Shown: positions 25,345-36,356 of the stretch, piece after piece
How positions within the stretch are numbered: position 1 is the stretch's first letter
How the letters are laid out: the number at the start of each line of letters is the position of its first letter
Translations under genes and position numbers: made by a program
Assembly: GCA_040285825.1 (NCBI GenBank)
Contig: JAUPSS010000003.1
Span: 2,542,001-2,606,000, forward strand
Direction of reading: 5' to 3'
Source: Eukaryota sp. TZLM1-RC
Taxonomy: Eukaryota > Protista > Metamonada: BaSk clade
Length of the DNA stretch: 64,000 nucleotides
The notes under the pieces: generated by a model
Told to the model about the DNA's origin: nothing
The model's input: only the letters and a program-made list of their open reading frames with translations
The model's database searches: none

Positions 25345-27834
25345 TAATTTTTTTTATTTATATAAAGAATCAAATAAAAACAAAACAAACTAAAACACAT
25401 AAGAAACTAAATTCTCCACGCCAACTCTTGATGAATCCTTATAAAGTTTAGACATCATTAAACTCAAGTACTTGGGAACACTTCTGTACAAAGCGAAAAT
25501 GATACGATTTTTCCATAAATTCTCTGCAAAATTCTTACCACTTGAACGACATAAATTACCAAAATCATTGATGAAATTCATGGCGGATTGTCCAATGTTG
25601 CCAAAAATCGAAAAGGCAAAAGGAACAAACGAAAACTTCGAATAAAGGTTCTTATTTAAATCATTTAATATCTCAGTATATTTATCTCTCTTACGATCTT
25701 CAGCCTTGTTTAAATGGCCATTACTACTAAGTAAAAACATCATCGCGATAAACCAAAGCAAAGGGATCAACTGTAGTGAAATCAACAACAACTTGAGAGG
25801 AATCCACAAATGGAGCAATTAAATCACCTCGACGTGAATTAAAAAGATTATCATCACTATAATGCTTCAACAAAGGTTCTACTTTGCAACTAAAATTGTA
25901 ACACTTGAACATCTCATATGTCACATCACGAACGGCATTATGAAGAACTGACCTATATTGGAGAAATTTCTTACAGCTCACAATATGACGAAAATTGGCA
26001 GTAGGTTTTTTGTTACAAATACAATAAGAATTGTCCAAAAGACCACTTGGATACATCCCTAATCTCAACCGCATGTTTTGTTTCCAAGCTTCATTTGTTA
26101 AGTGAAGACCAAATGGCCTTGGTTGCTGAGATATTAAACTAGTACAGTTCTGAATGTCTGCTAAAAAGGCAGCAAAGACGGGATTATTAATCTTAGTCAC
26201 ACTAAGTCGTTTGGAAAAATCGAGGTCTTCAAAACCAATAAGAACAGACTTCTGTAATTTCACAACAGCAAGATGAAGGTTGGTGAAAGATCTCGAAGGC
26301 ACCGCAGGTAAACTTGAAGGAAAACTCCTATTCCAAATATCAACAGGTAGTTCTTGCACCATTTTTTCAAGAGAAATTAATAAAGGATGTGATTCATTTA
26401 AAGGAATATGATCAAAACGAAGTTTCCATTCAAAAAGAAAATTTTTCATACCACCAATAAAAGCACTTTTGCATAAATACTCTGCTTTTGAAAAACCAAC
26501 TCCACCAAATTTAGGACTAAAAAAATGCATGATAAGGAATTTTTGATGGACAAACTTCTACTAAATTTCCTAAGAAATTTGTTCTCAAAAGTATTGAATT
26601 GACGTGCAAAATCATGAGAAATTGTGGGAGATAAAGAACGAAGAAGGTGATTAATTTTTGATCCAAAACACACATTTAGGACCGAAAACGCTAAATGTTT
26701 GTCAATTTCTAGATCTGCAATAGCCAAAAGTTGCTCTTCGATTTTTCCAAAATACCTGACAAAAATCGATTTAACTTTTTCACTATTTCCAAAAATAAGA
26801 TCCAAGAAACCGAATAGCATCTTCCTCGTAATCAACATATTTGATAAAAAGTTTCATTGAATGCCACCTCCGCATGCTGATTACCAATAATGAAACACTT
26901 GGGCAATTTAATGTCTAACCCTATTTGTTTGGCCAGAAAAACAAAATGTTGTAAACCGTGTTGTAAAAAGAGACAAAGGGCCAATAAGTGATAAATCATC
27001 TGCATAAGCACATATATGAATGTCAGGAAAATCCGACTTAAATTTTACCAAAACTGATTGCAGTGCTAAGCAAAAGAGAAATGGACCCAATGGATCCCCT
27101 TGTTTGACCCCTCTTGACGAAACAATATTCTCAGAATGAAAAATTAAGTTAGAGGGTGATCCATACATCAATTTAAAATACGGTAAAAGTGGAGGATAGT
27201 GTAGTTCAAGTTCTTGCAAAATACTGGAGCGAAAAACGGAGTTGAAAGCATTTTTAAAATCAATGTTTAATAAATAATTTTCGCCTTTTTGATTGAAAAG
27301 TAAATCTGTACACAACGCAGCACATGTTGTGCCATCAGGAATTCCGATAGCAAACTGATAAGGACGAAAAAAATTAATTGCGGATGACTTGACTCTTTTA
27401 AAGGAAATAATTGCTAATAATCTCGTTATGGACTCACCAACAGCAATAGGTCTGACACCACCTCCAGGCTTATTTAAAGCAACTAAACGAGATGACATTA
27501 AAGCTTGTGGTAACTTGAAACGTCCCATGATGACACTATTAAAAAAGAAAACTAAATCATCCACAATTTCTGGACATATGTTGACTGCGGACTTCAAATG
27601 ATCATAACTAAGTCCAGAAGGCCCAGCAGAACGACCAGACGGAAGTCCTTTAATAGCTACACTAACTTCATCACAAGTGATAGGATTAGCAGTGAAGAAA
27701 TCACGTTCATTATCAGAGACAATGTGATTTATGGTGAAGTCTTCAGGTGGATGAAGAGAATTTAAACAATCCAATGTTTCATCATTGAAGGCAGCAGGAG
27801 AAGAACCAGCCAATAATTTAAGTGCTGAAGAGTA
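25345..27834 (-). mobile_element. 5'-truncated CRE-like non-LTR retrotransposon Y (RT plus REL, frameshifted)
   Basis: SAGPSG, VRPIAVGE, IDFKNAFNS, GVKQGDPLGPFLF, AYADDL, CIC...HIVSC...HNAVRD, RRGDL, KRDKY; A-rich tail. Confidence 0.92.
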
Positions 27835-28579
27835 TTTTTTTTATTAATTTTAATTTTATTCAAAACCTACAAATCAACATTTAAAAAATCCATCTCTCCC
27901 AAAACAAAAACACTAGCTGCAACTTTCTCATAGTGAGATCCAAGAGAAAGCAAAGCATCAGAAACCATTTTCAACATCTCCTTGGAAATAGAAAACACAA
28001 TTCTATTTTGCCAAAACAATCTGTTGAAATTTCTGTTAGTTCTTCTCTTTACAATCAATGCAAAATCATCCAAAAAACGTAAAGAAGTTGGTGCAAGTGA
28101 ACCAACAAGGGAAAATACAAATGGATACAAATTGTATTTTGCATGCTGTAGACTGGCCAATTTGGACAAAGGTTCATTGTATATTTTGAATTTGAAATTT
28201 TCAGCATTTGAAAGAGAATTATGAATTTCAGAATTAACAAGCCTTTCATTTGAGGCATTACAAGGATCAACAGACATTACATCCAATAACATGAAGCTTC
28301 CATCTAATCCAGGTAATATAACATCACCTCCATTATTCTTATGAAAATCATCTTCAGCATCAAACAGATTTGACAACAGAGGGTCCAAGAAGGATTCAAT
28401 TCTATGAGACTTACACATACAATATAACTGGTCTCTTACAGCATCATGAACCTTGCTTCTAAAAGTAATAAAATGTTCACAATTTAACAAATGACTAATT
28501 GTAATTTCTCGAGAACATTTACAAATTAAATTATTTAATTCGTCATGTCTTTGTGTAACCATTCTCGAGAATTCTCGAG
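27835..28579 (-). mobile_element. 5'-truncated CRE-like fragment X (zinc knuckle plus REL) with A-tail
   Basis: ORF 27867-28562 with CKC...HLLNC...HDAVRD...GDV...LDV; tail AATAAAATTAAAATTAATAAAAAAAA. Confidence 0.85.
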
Positions 28580-28851
28580 ATCAATTATGATCAGTCTGGT
28601 TTTCGTTTTTTGGGGTTGTTATCTCGGAAGTATTGAAGAAGTCAAAAGCCAACTTTCGACTCTGTTGACTTAAGTTGGAAATGAATTAGAATCAATAGAA
28701 AATTCAAATATTGAGAAACATTTGAAATTCTTTTTCCTAAAAATTTGTTATTCTGGAAAATTTACTCATATTTTGAGATCAACATCACCATCAATTTCTT
28801 TTTTCTAGATTTTTTTTCTCAATAAATATTCCAGTTAAAAAAAATCAAGGC

Positions 28852-30682
28852 AAACATCCCTCTCGAACTACTATTTGAAGATAAACACGTACTAATAAGT
28901 GCTAATGCCTCTGATGTGGCTGTAGGTGCAGTAATATGGCAAGAGGAAAACCCACCTAAAAATCCTACGACACCGCTAATTTATCGAAAGGTTGTACCTA
29001 TCGCTTTTTTTAGCAGATTATTATCCTCTTCTCAAAAGAATTGGTCTGTACTTTAGAAAGAGCTGTACGTTATATTATTAATTCTCACTGACAGTAGTTT
29101 AGAAAATTATTTAATTTCTAGGAAATTAACCATAGTCACTGATCATAGAAACCAAGCATATTTGATATCAGCACCTGAAAAGAACAGAATTGTTAAGAGG
29201 TGGCTACTGATATTGTCAGAATTCAATTTCGATGTAGTCCATCCAGCAGGCGAGGAGAACGATTGGGCAGACATGTTGTCTAGATTAGTGAACTTAAACT
29301 CTTGAGCCCCTCGTGTCCAACAAGTGAGAAATTTGGCACCTCACCTAGTTGAAGAAACAATTACCTTACTTGAATATATTAACTGAGGCTACTTGTTAAG
29401 GGATGATACTACTAAACCGTTCACAGTTGAACTTTTTTCGATCCATAGCTTATCTGCATTAAAAGAAGCTGTTGAGGATCCAAAATTTGATTTATTTGAC
29501 TCTTGAATTTCGAAAATTAGGCAAGAACAAATATTAGATGATGATTCAAACCCTGATAATTACAAAGATTACCAGTATGATACAAATATTCAATTATACA
29601 CCAACAATCGTGGAAAGATTATTATCCCCGATAATTTAAAGAAGCAGACTTTAACTATCATTCATGGACATGTAAATGTTGGTCATCCTAGCATGACAAC
29701 TAGTGTAAAGAAATTACTTAAAAAGTTATTACTTTTGGCCTAACATGCGCAAAGACATGATTATGCATATTAAGAGTTGCCCAGCTTGTCAAAAGACTGC
29801 ACCTGTATCCAGGAAAGTCATCGAATCATCTAGCTCTCTATGGGCAGATCGTCCGTTTACAAGAATAAACGCAGATACAATTGGTCCACTACACGAAGAT
29901 GATAATGGATATAAATATTTAATAGTATTTGTAGATTCGTTTACGAGATATACGATCATATGCCGCATTAAGGAATTAAATGCAGTGGAAGCTACAAACC
30001 AATTATTATGGAACGTTGTCGCAATATTTGGTATTCCTTTGTTAATTCACAGTGACAATGGTATTGAATTTGCAACTGCCATATTTAAAGGGTTATGCGA
30101 TTTATTAAATATTGAGGTAAGTCGTTCGCTAAGCGGCTTTTCACGAAGTAACGGTTTAGTAGAAAGACGTCACAGAGACATTTTACAAAGTCTAAGAAAG
30201 ATTTTGGTGGACTCTGGCGATTATAGCAATTGGAGTGAATACATCCCAATTGTACAACTTCAAATAAATTCAACTATTAGTAGAGTTAGAACTTAGTCAC
30301 TGGCTCGTTATCTACGGCAAGTATATATCATGGTAAACTATACCTTTCAGACTTCCCTAAAGAAGATCTTGATTGGCATAAGAATATTGCTGCTGGTTAT
30401 ATGGAAGAATCTGTAATCGTTAAAATTATAGATCACTTTGATTACGTAGATTCGAACAATAATAAAGTTCCTTATTGTACCGCAGTTTGGTATGGCGGCG
30501 AGACTTCGTCTGTCCCAGTTGCTGACGTCAAAAGCACTGAGGCATTTCAAAAAAATTTGCGCTCTATTAGTCCTCGCACTACCAGGAAACAAAAGGCATC
30601 TTCAAATTCCAAATCTAAGACTAATTCCCCCGCAGTCAGTACTCGTAGCTCTCGTTCGAGATCTAGGAGAGAGAAAAGGTAG
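28852..30682 (+). pseudogene. pol: pol: RNase H, integrase and chromodomain-like tail of family A copy 1
   Basis: ANASDVAVGA, TDHRN, ADMLSR, H..GH...CPACQ, ADTIGP, HSDNG, VERRH; internal deletion at ~30296. Confidence 0.9.
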
Positions 30683-30819
30683 TGTTGTACTGTGGACAAT
30701 TAGTCTAGTACATTTGTATTTATATAGTTTACTTCACTAGTGATGGCCTTTATAAGGGCCGGTGCAATTCAAAAAAATTTATCCTTATTCTTTGTTATCA
30801 TATGACACAGACGGCATCA
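30683..30819 (+). repeat. 3' LTR, family A copy 1 (137 bp)
   Basis: Direct repeat, preceded by the PPT. Confidence 0.95.
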
Positions 30820-31865
30820 AATTAGCAATAAATGAATGATATTGTGAAGTTGTTATTTGTTGAGAAAATACATGATATTCATTACATCAACATACCTCAG
30901 TCAATCAGAGGACTTAAATTTAGAACAAATCAGCTACGCAACAATGTAGCAATGAGTACATCAGTAAAAATGAACAATAGATAACATCGAAATTCTTTGT
31001 GAGATTGTAACGTTGAATACAAGTTGCCAGCCTTTTAATCAAACATTCACAATTGTGAATCTTCTCGTTGAAATTGGTGATGTATTTTAGTGAAAGAGTC
31101 AATGTTATGTGACTTTGTCTTTAATGATGAGAGTAACACAATCATCAAAGAATTTTTATACTAACAGAATTTATGTATCATAACTGTCATAATTGATGAG
31201 CATAAAAGCAGACCAATCAATCAGCATTTGTTTAATACCAGAAGTCATTGTTTAGGATATACCAAAAACCTTCGACGTACCCTACTAGACACTCTACCAA
31301 CTGAAACAGATTATATCGCTATACAAGCGAGCAAAAATGGGAAATTTATTCATTTTCTTGATCGACACTTATCTGAACTACGCAAAAAAAACTTTAGATT
31401 AGAAAGCAAAGTTTCAGTAACCATCAGCTTCTCCAAACGGCAACCTCAAACCAGGCGACCACGTCTTACGGCGTAATACCGCCTCAATAAAAACATGACT
31501 CTGACAAGGTCCCTTTATCATCTCTAACATTTCTGGATCAACAAAGCTAATCTTTTAGTCCATCATATGAGACTAAACGTTGATTAAATCTAGACATGAT
31601 GTCACGGCTTATGTCCCCAACGAAATCAACGATCTTGCCAAACAGTAGCTTCGACAGCTACTGACGACTTCGTACTGAGTAAAATCAACAACCACAAGAT
31701 TGCTCAAGAAATTGGTTTGGTTCTCTAAAAAATTCTCAAATGGTATTGGAGCACGACAATCGTTAAAAAAGCTGAGTAATACTACTTAGATCAATGAACA
31801 TCTGCGGAACCAGGTTAAGAAACAAAAATTAGTCTTACCACCAACAAAGGGTGACAATTCAATAA

Positions 31866-33400
31866 AAGGAAAAGTACTAAAATACCCCTAAACTGATTTA
31901 TTGGTTCCAAAATACCCCTAACACCTTCCGTAAGATAATGACCACAGGAGACACTCTGTCTATGTCTGTTGAAGTCAATGCAGAATACTCCGGATGCCAC
32001 TTGAAGGAACTTATAAGATTGCAATGTCTACACGAAAACTATACTTTTAAATTCAAAAGGAGCGAACAAAAACAAATTAAGGCCATCTGCAAAGATGTTA
32101 CCTGTACTTTTGTGTGCTATGCTTTTCGTCCTCAGAAAAGCTTTGATGATTCCCATTACACTGTCAAAACCTTGATACCACACTCATGTCAAAATCTTTC
32201 CAACAAAACCTCCGAAACACGAGCTGCTTCTGCTAAATGTCTTGCATCTGTACCCCTCATACGGAAAACAGTTCTCGAAAATCCGAACATCCGATCAAAG
32301 TCATTCTTACCTATTTTGCAATCAATCTCGAAGATAAAAGTAGGGAAACATACTGTAAAAGAAGTTCGCCAACTGTGTAGGAATGCACTTGTTGGATCAG
32401 AAGAAGACAACTTCAAGCAACTACCTGCATATTTCGAAAAACTTGTGACTCTGAATCCTGGGTTTTACTACCACACTGATTTCGATGGCTCTGAATTTTC
32501 CCGATTGTTTGTAGCTTTGAAGGGAGCTATGGATGGATATGACTATTGTAGGCCTTTGGTACAAGTTGATGGTACTCATCTTCGAACTATGTATAAACAG
32601 ATTCTTTTGACATCTACTCCTCAAAATGCTCAAGGACATTTTTCCCCTTGTATTGGCAGTTGTTGCTGGAAAGAATTTAAATAACTGGGTATGATTCTTT
32701 TGAGAATTTAAAAAATGTTTTGAAGCAAATGTAGCAACGTTTGTTAGCGACAAAGAAAAGGGTCTATTGAAAGGAGTACGTCAAATTTATCCAGAAGCAC
32801 ATCACTCATATTGTGTTCGATATTTGACACATAATGTGGGAGCGCGATTCACATCTGTCATTTGGAAGGCTGCAAGAGCCACAAATGAGGATGAATTGAA
32901 CAAAATACTGAAAAAATACGAGTGAGATCATTGAAGTCCTATGAGAAGCTTATATCGGTGGGATTAGAGCACTGAAATATGGTGTATTTTCCGGGTGTTT
33001 GTAATGGACACCGAATTTCGGATGTGATTGTGAGCCTGAACGCATGGTTATTAAAAACTAGGAGTTTACCTGTTGTTGGGATGTTAAACACTGTGGTAGA
33101 AAATCCTGCTACTTGGTTCGAAAAGAGACAAGCTGAATCACAAAGAATGCAAAGCCCTTTATGTGACACATTTTGGAACAAACTCAAGCTTGAGCTTGTA
33201 AAGGCAAAAATTGTTAGAAACTTTGTGTGTCAAGCGTAGTGAGAAATTAGTGGTGATTGTTAAGGATCTTGAAAGCTTCTTCCATGTGGATGTAAATTCT
33301 AGGACTAATAGTTGCCTTCAATAGCAAGAAAGTGGTTATCCGTGTAGTCATGGATTAACTGCTCTCTATGCTTTGAAACGAGTTTATTATTAGCAATTGT
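31866..33400 (+). pseudogene. Degenerate MULE transposase related to 3627-5465
   Basis: VQVDGTHL, FVSDKEKGL, HSYCVR, SLNAWLL, GYPCSH; repeated AAAATACCCCTAA in the terminal region. Confidence 0.85.
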
Positions 33401-33529
33401 TGTCCATTTGACAACAGAAAACTACAAAAAAATTTACAATGTCCATCGATAGCTTGAAATTTGAAGATTTCCAACAGCCAGCCATGGCCCAATATTTAAA
33501 AAGTGGATTGAGTGAAGAAAATAATGATT

Positions 33530-34320
33530 GATCTGACTTTGATTCAGGGTTTACTTTTGATTCGTGGTACTTTGTATCAATGCAAATGCTCAAAGAAACT
33601 TCGGCGCAGTAAGACATCTGGTTGGACCAACTTGTACAATCATATACTCACTTATGAGAACTATGAAGATGAGTATGAAGAGCTTGCTTCTGGACATCAG
33701 CCGCCAATCTCCAAATTCTTTGTGAAAGATAAGTTCTCAAATGTCTACCTTTGGCTTGAGTGGGTTCTTGAAGACATCTTACCCTTTTCTTGTCAGTAAA
33801 AACAATACTCGAAAAAACCCTAAGCTGGAAACAATATCTAGTGAAACTTTACTGAAATATGCTTCCTTGTTGGTTCGCCTTCATCTATCATTCTTGATGG
33901 GAGATAGATTTGGACTTGGACTCGACACCTGGCAAGAACCTGGAAGCCACCTCCATCTCTTCGGGATTTTCTGCTCCATTCCATCGACAACCAGAACGTA
34001 TATGCTTTCTTTTACTTTTTTCGAAATTGATGAAGCGAGAACAATTTAAGACCTTTCGTTGACTGAGACCTACTTTGGTGCTGAGCAAATGTTGTAGTTA
34101 GTGGAATTGGTTCTTGGACAATATGACAAACAGCTGTGCAATGTGCTCTTTATCACTGGTGATAACTGCAACACAAACAAAAGGCTTGCCCGCTAATTAC
34201 ATGTTCCTTTTGTCGGTTGTTTCTCTTATCGTTACCAGTTAGAGATAAAACAATTTACTCTATCACTAAAGACCGAATTCCAACAGATTGACCATTTATT
34301 TAAACGATTATGCAGCAGCA
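33530..34320 (+). pseudogene. hAT-like transposase remnant with BED-type finger
   Basis: YQCKC...GWTNLYNH, WLEWV..DILPFS, FITGDNCNTN, VPFVGC. Confidence 0.7.
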
Positions 34321-36356
34321 TGACAGCCATGATTTTGAATTTTGCTAATCAAAAATCTCCAAAGCGTGCCAACACTACATGCGGCTGGATCTCCAAATTC
34401 GATACTAAAATTCAAAAAGACTTGAATAAACTGTTGTGCAAAATGTTGTCACCACTTTATATTACACTTTTCTCGTTTTGGAACCACACTACTCAACTCT
34501 GTTTACAGAGACAATATTGATCATAACTGCGTAGAATTTTTTTATCCTTTTAACCGACCTACCTAGAATGTATGTTCGCGAATTTGTCGATTCTTCTACT
34601 CATACTTTCAATGACATGATCCAATATGGTAATTGGAACTTGAAACTGTACTTTCATCACCTTAAAATTCCTTCACTCAGCTACCATCCAGATACCATCC
34701 CCGCTAATGCACTCATAATTAGATTGAACCGTCTTTGCTCCTCAGTCACCTTGAAAGACTTATACTATCATTTTTAATATTTTTTACTTTCTACCTCTAC
34801 CTGCACATATGTATCCCTTTGATAACCACCATAACCGCCTTATTTCTCGTCGATTTGGAGACTTCTTGATTAACCCTGACCGTTCAAAATACATCTTTGC
34901 CTGCTGGAAACTTCCTCATCCCCATCGTCTGAATTTCTTAGATCTCCATATTGGCGCTACTAAGACTGACACTAACGACGAATATCCTTATGATATTACA
35001 GGCGTTACCATATTAGACCTTCCTATCACTGCCCTAGGCGAACAACTCTATCACTGGGCCTAGCACAACTCTACCCTCTTGTACTCAACTTGTGGAACTC
35101 CGGCCTAGACTTGCCATTTGACGGAAACCGTCATGACCCGTCACGACTTGACGGACCTCACGTCATGTCGATGGCAATAATTTTTTTGGCCGTCACGTCA
35201 CGTCGACTCCTATTTTTCCCTGACGGGTCGTGACGCGTCAAATGGCGGAAATGAAAACCAAGATCGAATAAGTGTGGTTCGGTTTACAAAAACCATGCTC
35301 GTTCTACTAGATTTTTTCTTCAAACTAGACTTAAAACAATTGTAAGACAAAGGTCATGGATAAAATCATAGTAAGGAAATCAATTCATCACAATGAAATC
35401 TTTTTCTTGAAAGAATTATCTTCGCATTCTCTTCTCTCCATTGAATATGGCCCAAACCAAAAGATCAAGTATTGCATCCTGGCTTACGAAACAGCAACGG
35501 ATTGAAACATCCGATGATGAGTCCACAATACCATAATCATCTCCCTTCACTGTTGGAAGTTCAGCTCCTGCACCTACTTAACCAAAGTCACCCAGCGTTC
35601 GAGCTGAAGTTCACCAATTTTTTACTTACGATGAACAATATAAACGCTCGTGTAAGCTGTGTTGATCGTTCAGTTGCTGGTTGATGTATTAGAGCCGTTT
35701 GACGTGTTGAAAGAACAGGTGTCCGGGGACACATACCCTTCTGTCAGCATCTCATTAAAAGCCTTCAGTAGATTGTTGAAAAAATTGAAAATGAAGCTGA
35801 ATCACACTGGAACACCCACCAATCAGTTGCTTGTGGATATTGTTGTTCAAAACTTAAAAAATATGAACCCAATTTATTAAACTATCATGGTTACTTATCA
35901 ATCCTGTTGGATCCAAGGTTCAAGAACAGATCACCGAAACAGTTGACTGCAAGTATGGTTTAATGTTATGAAGAACGACTACGTACTACGTTAAATGAAA
36001 GTGCTATTAATGATGCTGCTAACACAGTGGTTGGAAAGAAGCCATTATCTTTGGCTTTAGTGGAGCTGATGAACGATAGTGACGATGAAAATGGGAGTAA
36101 TAATGGCCAAGAAATGGAGGAGGTTAATGAATTGAGCCTCTACATCACTGAACCAGTGATAAAAGATGAAGGATCCAATGTAGATCTAGTTGACTTTTGG
36201 TGGAAAAACCTGAACAGATACCCCATGTTAGCTCGTTTGGCTCTAGATGTGATGACTGCCCAAGCAACGTCTGTTCCGTGTGAGCAACTTTTTGCCAAAT
36301 CCGGACTGGTTGTAACCAAATAGAGATCTTTGTTGTCTGCAAAAAGTGTACAAGCT

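Larger units (their letters stand above)
24819..28843 (+). mobile_element. Nested insertion: short CRE RT fragment (24819-24901 plus 28592-28843) with 8-bp TSD ATCAAGGC
   Basis: ATCAAGGC at 24811-24818 and 28844-28851. KCLIIGHEP...INYD continues as QSGFRFLG...HILRSTSP; AATAAA then an A-run at the 3' end. Confidence 0.8.
20348..30819 (+). mobile_element. Ty3/Gypsy LTR retrotransposon family A, copy 1 (defective, 4-kb nested insertion)
   Basis: LTRs at 20348-20494 and 30683-30819 (TG...CA); PPT AGGAGAGAGAAAAGG; order gag-PR-RT-RH-IN; flanks AACT/AATT (4-bp TSD with one mismatch). Confidence 0.95.

Noticed and set aside
35106-35250. CRISPR-like or regulatory repeat array
   Set aside because: These are hAT subterminal CGTCA repeats with no regular spacers, in a eukaryotic context.
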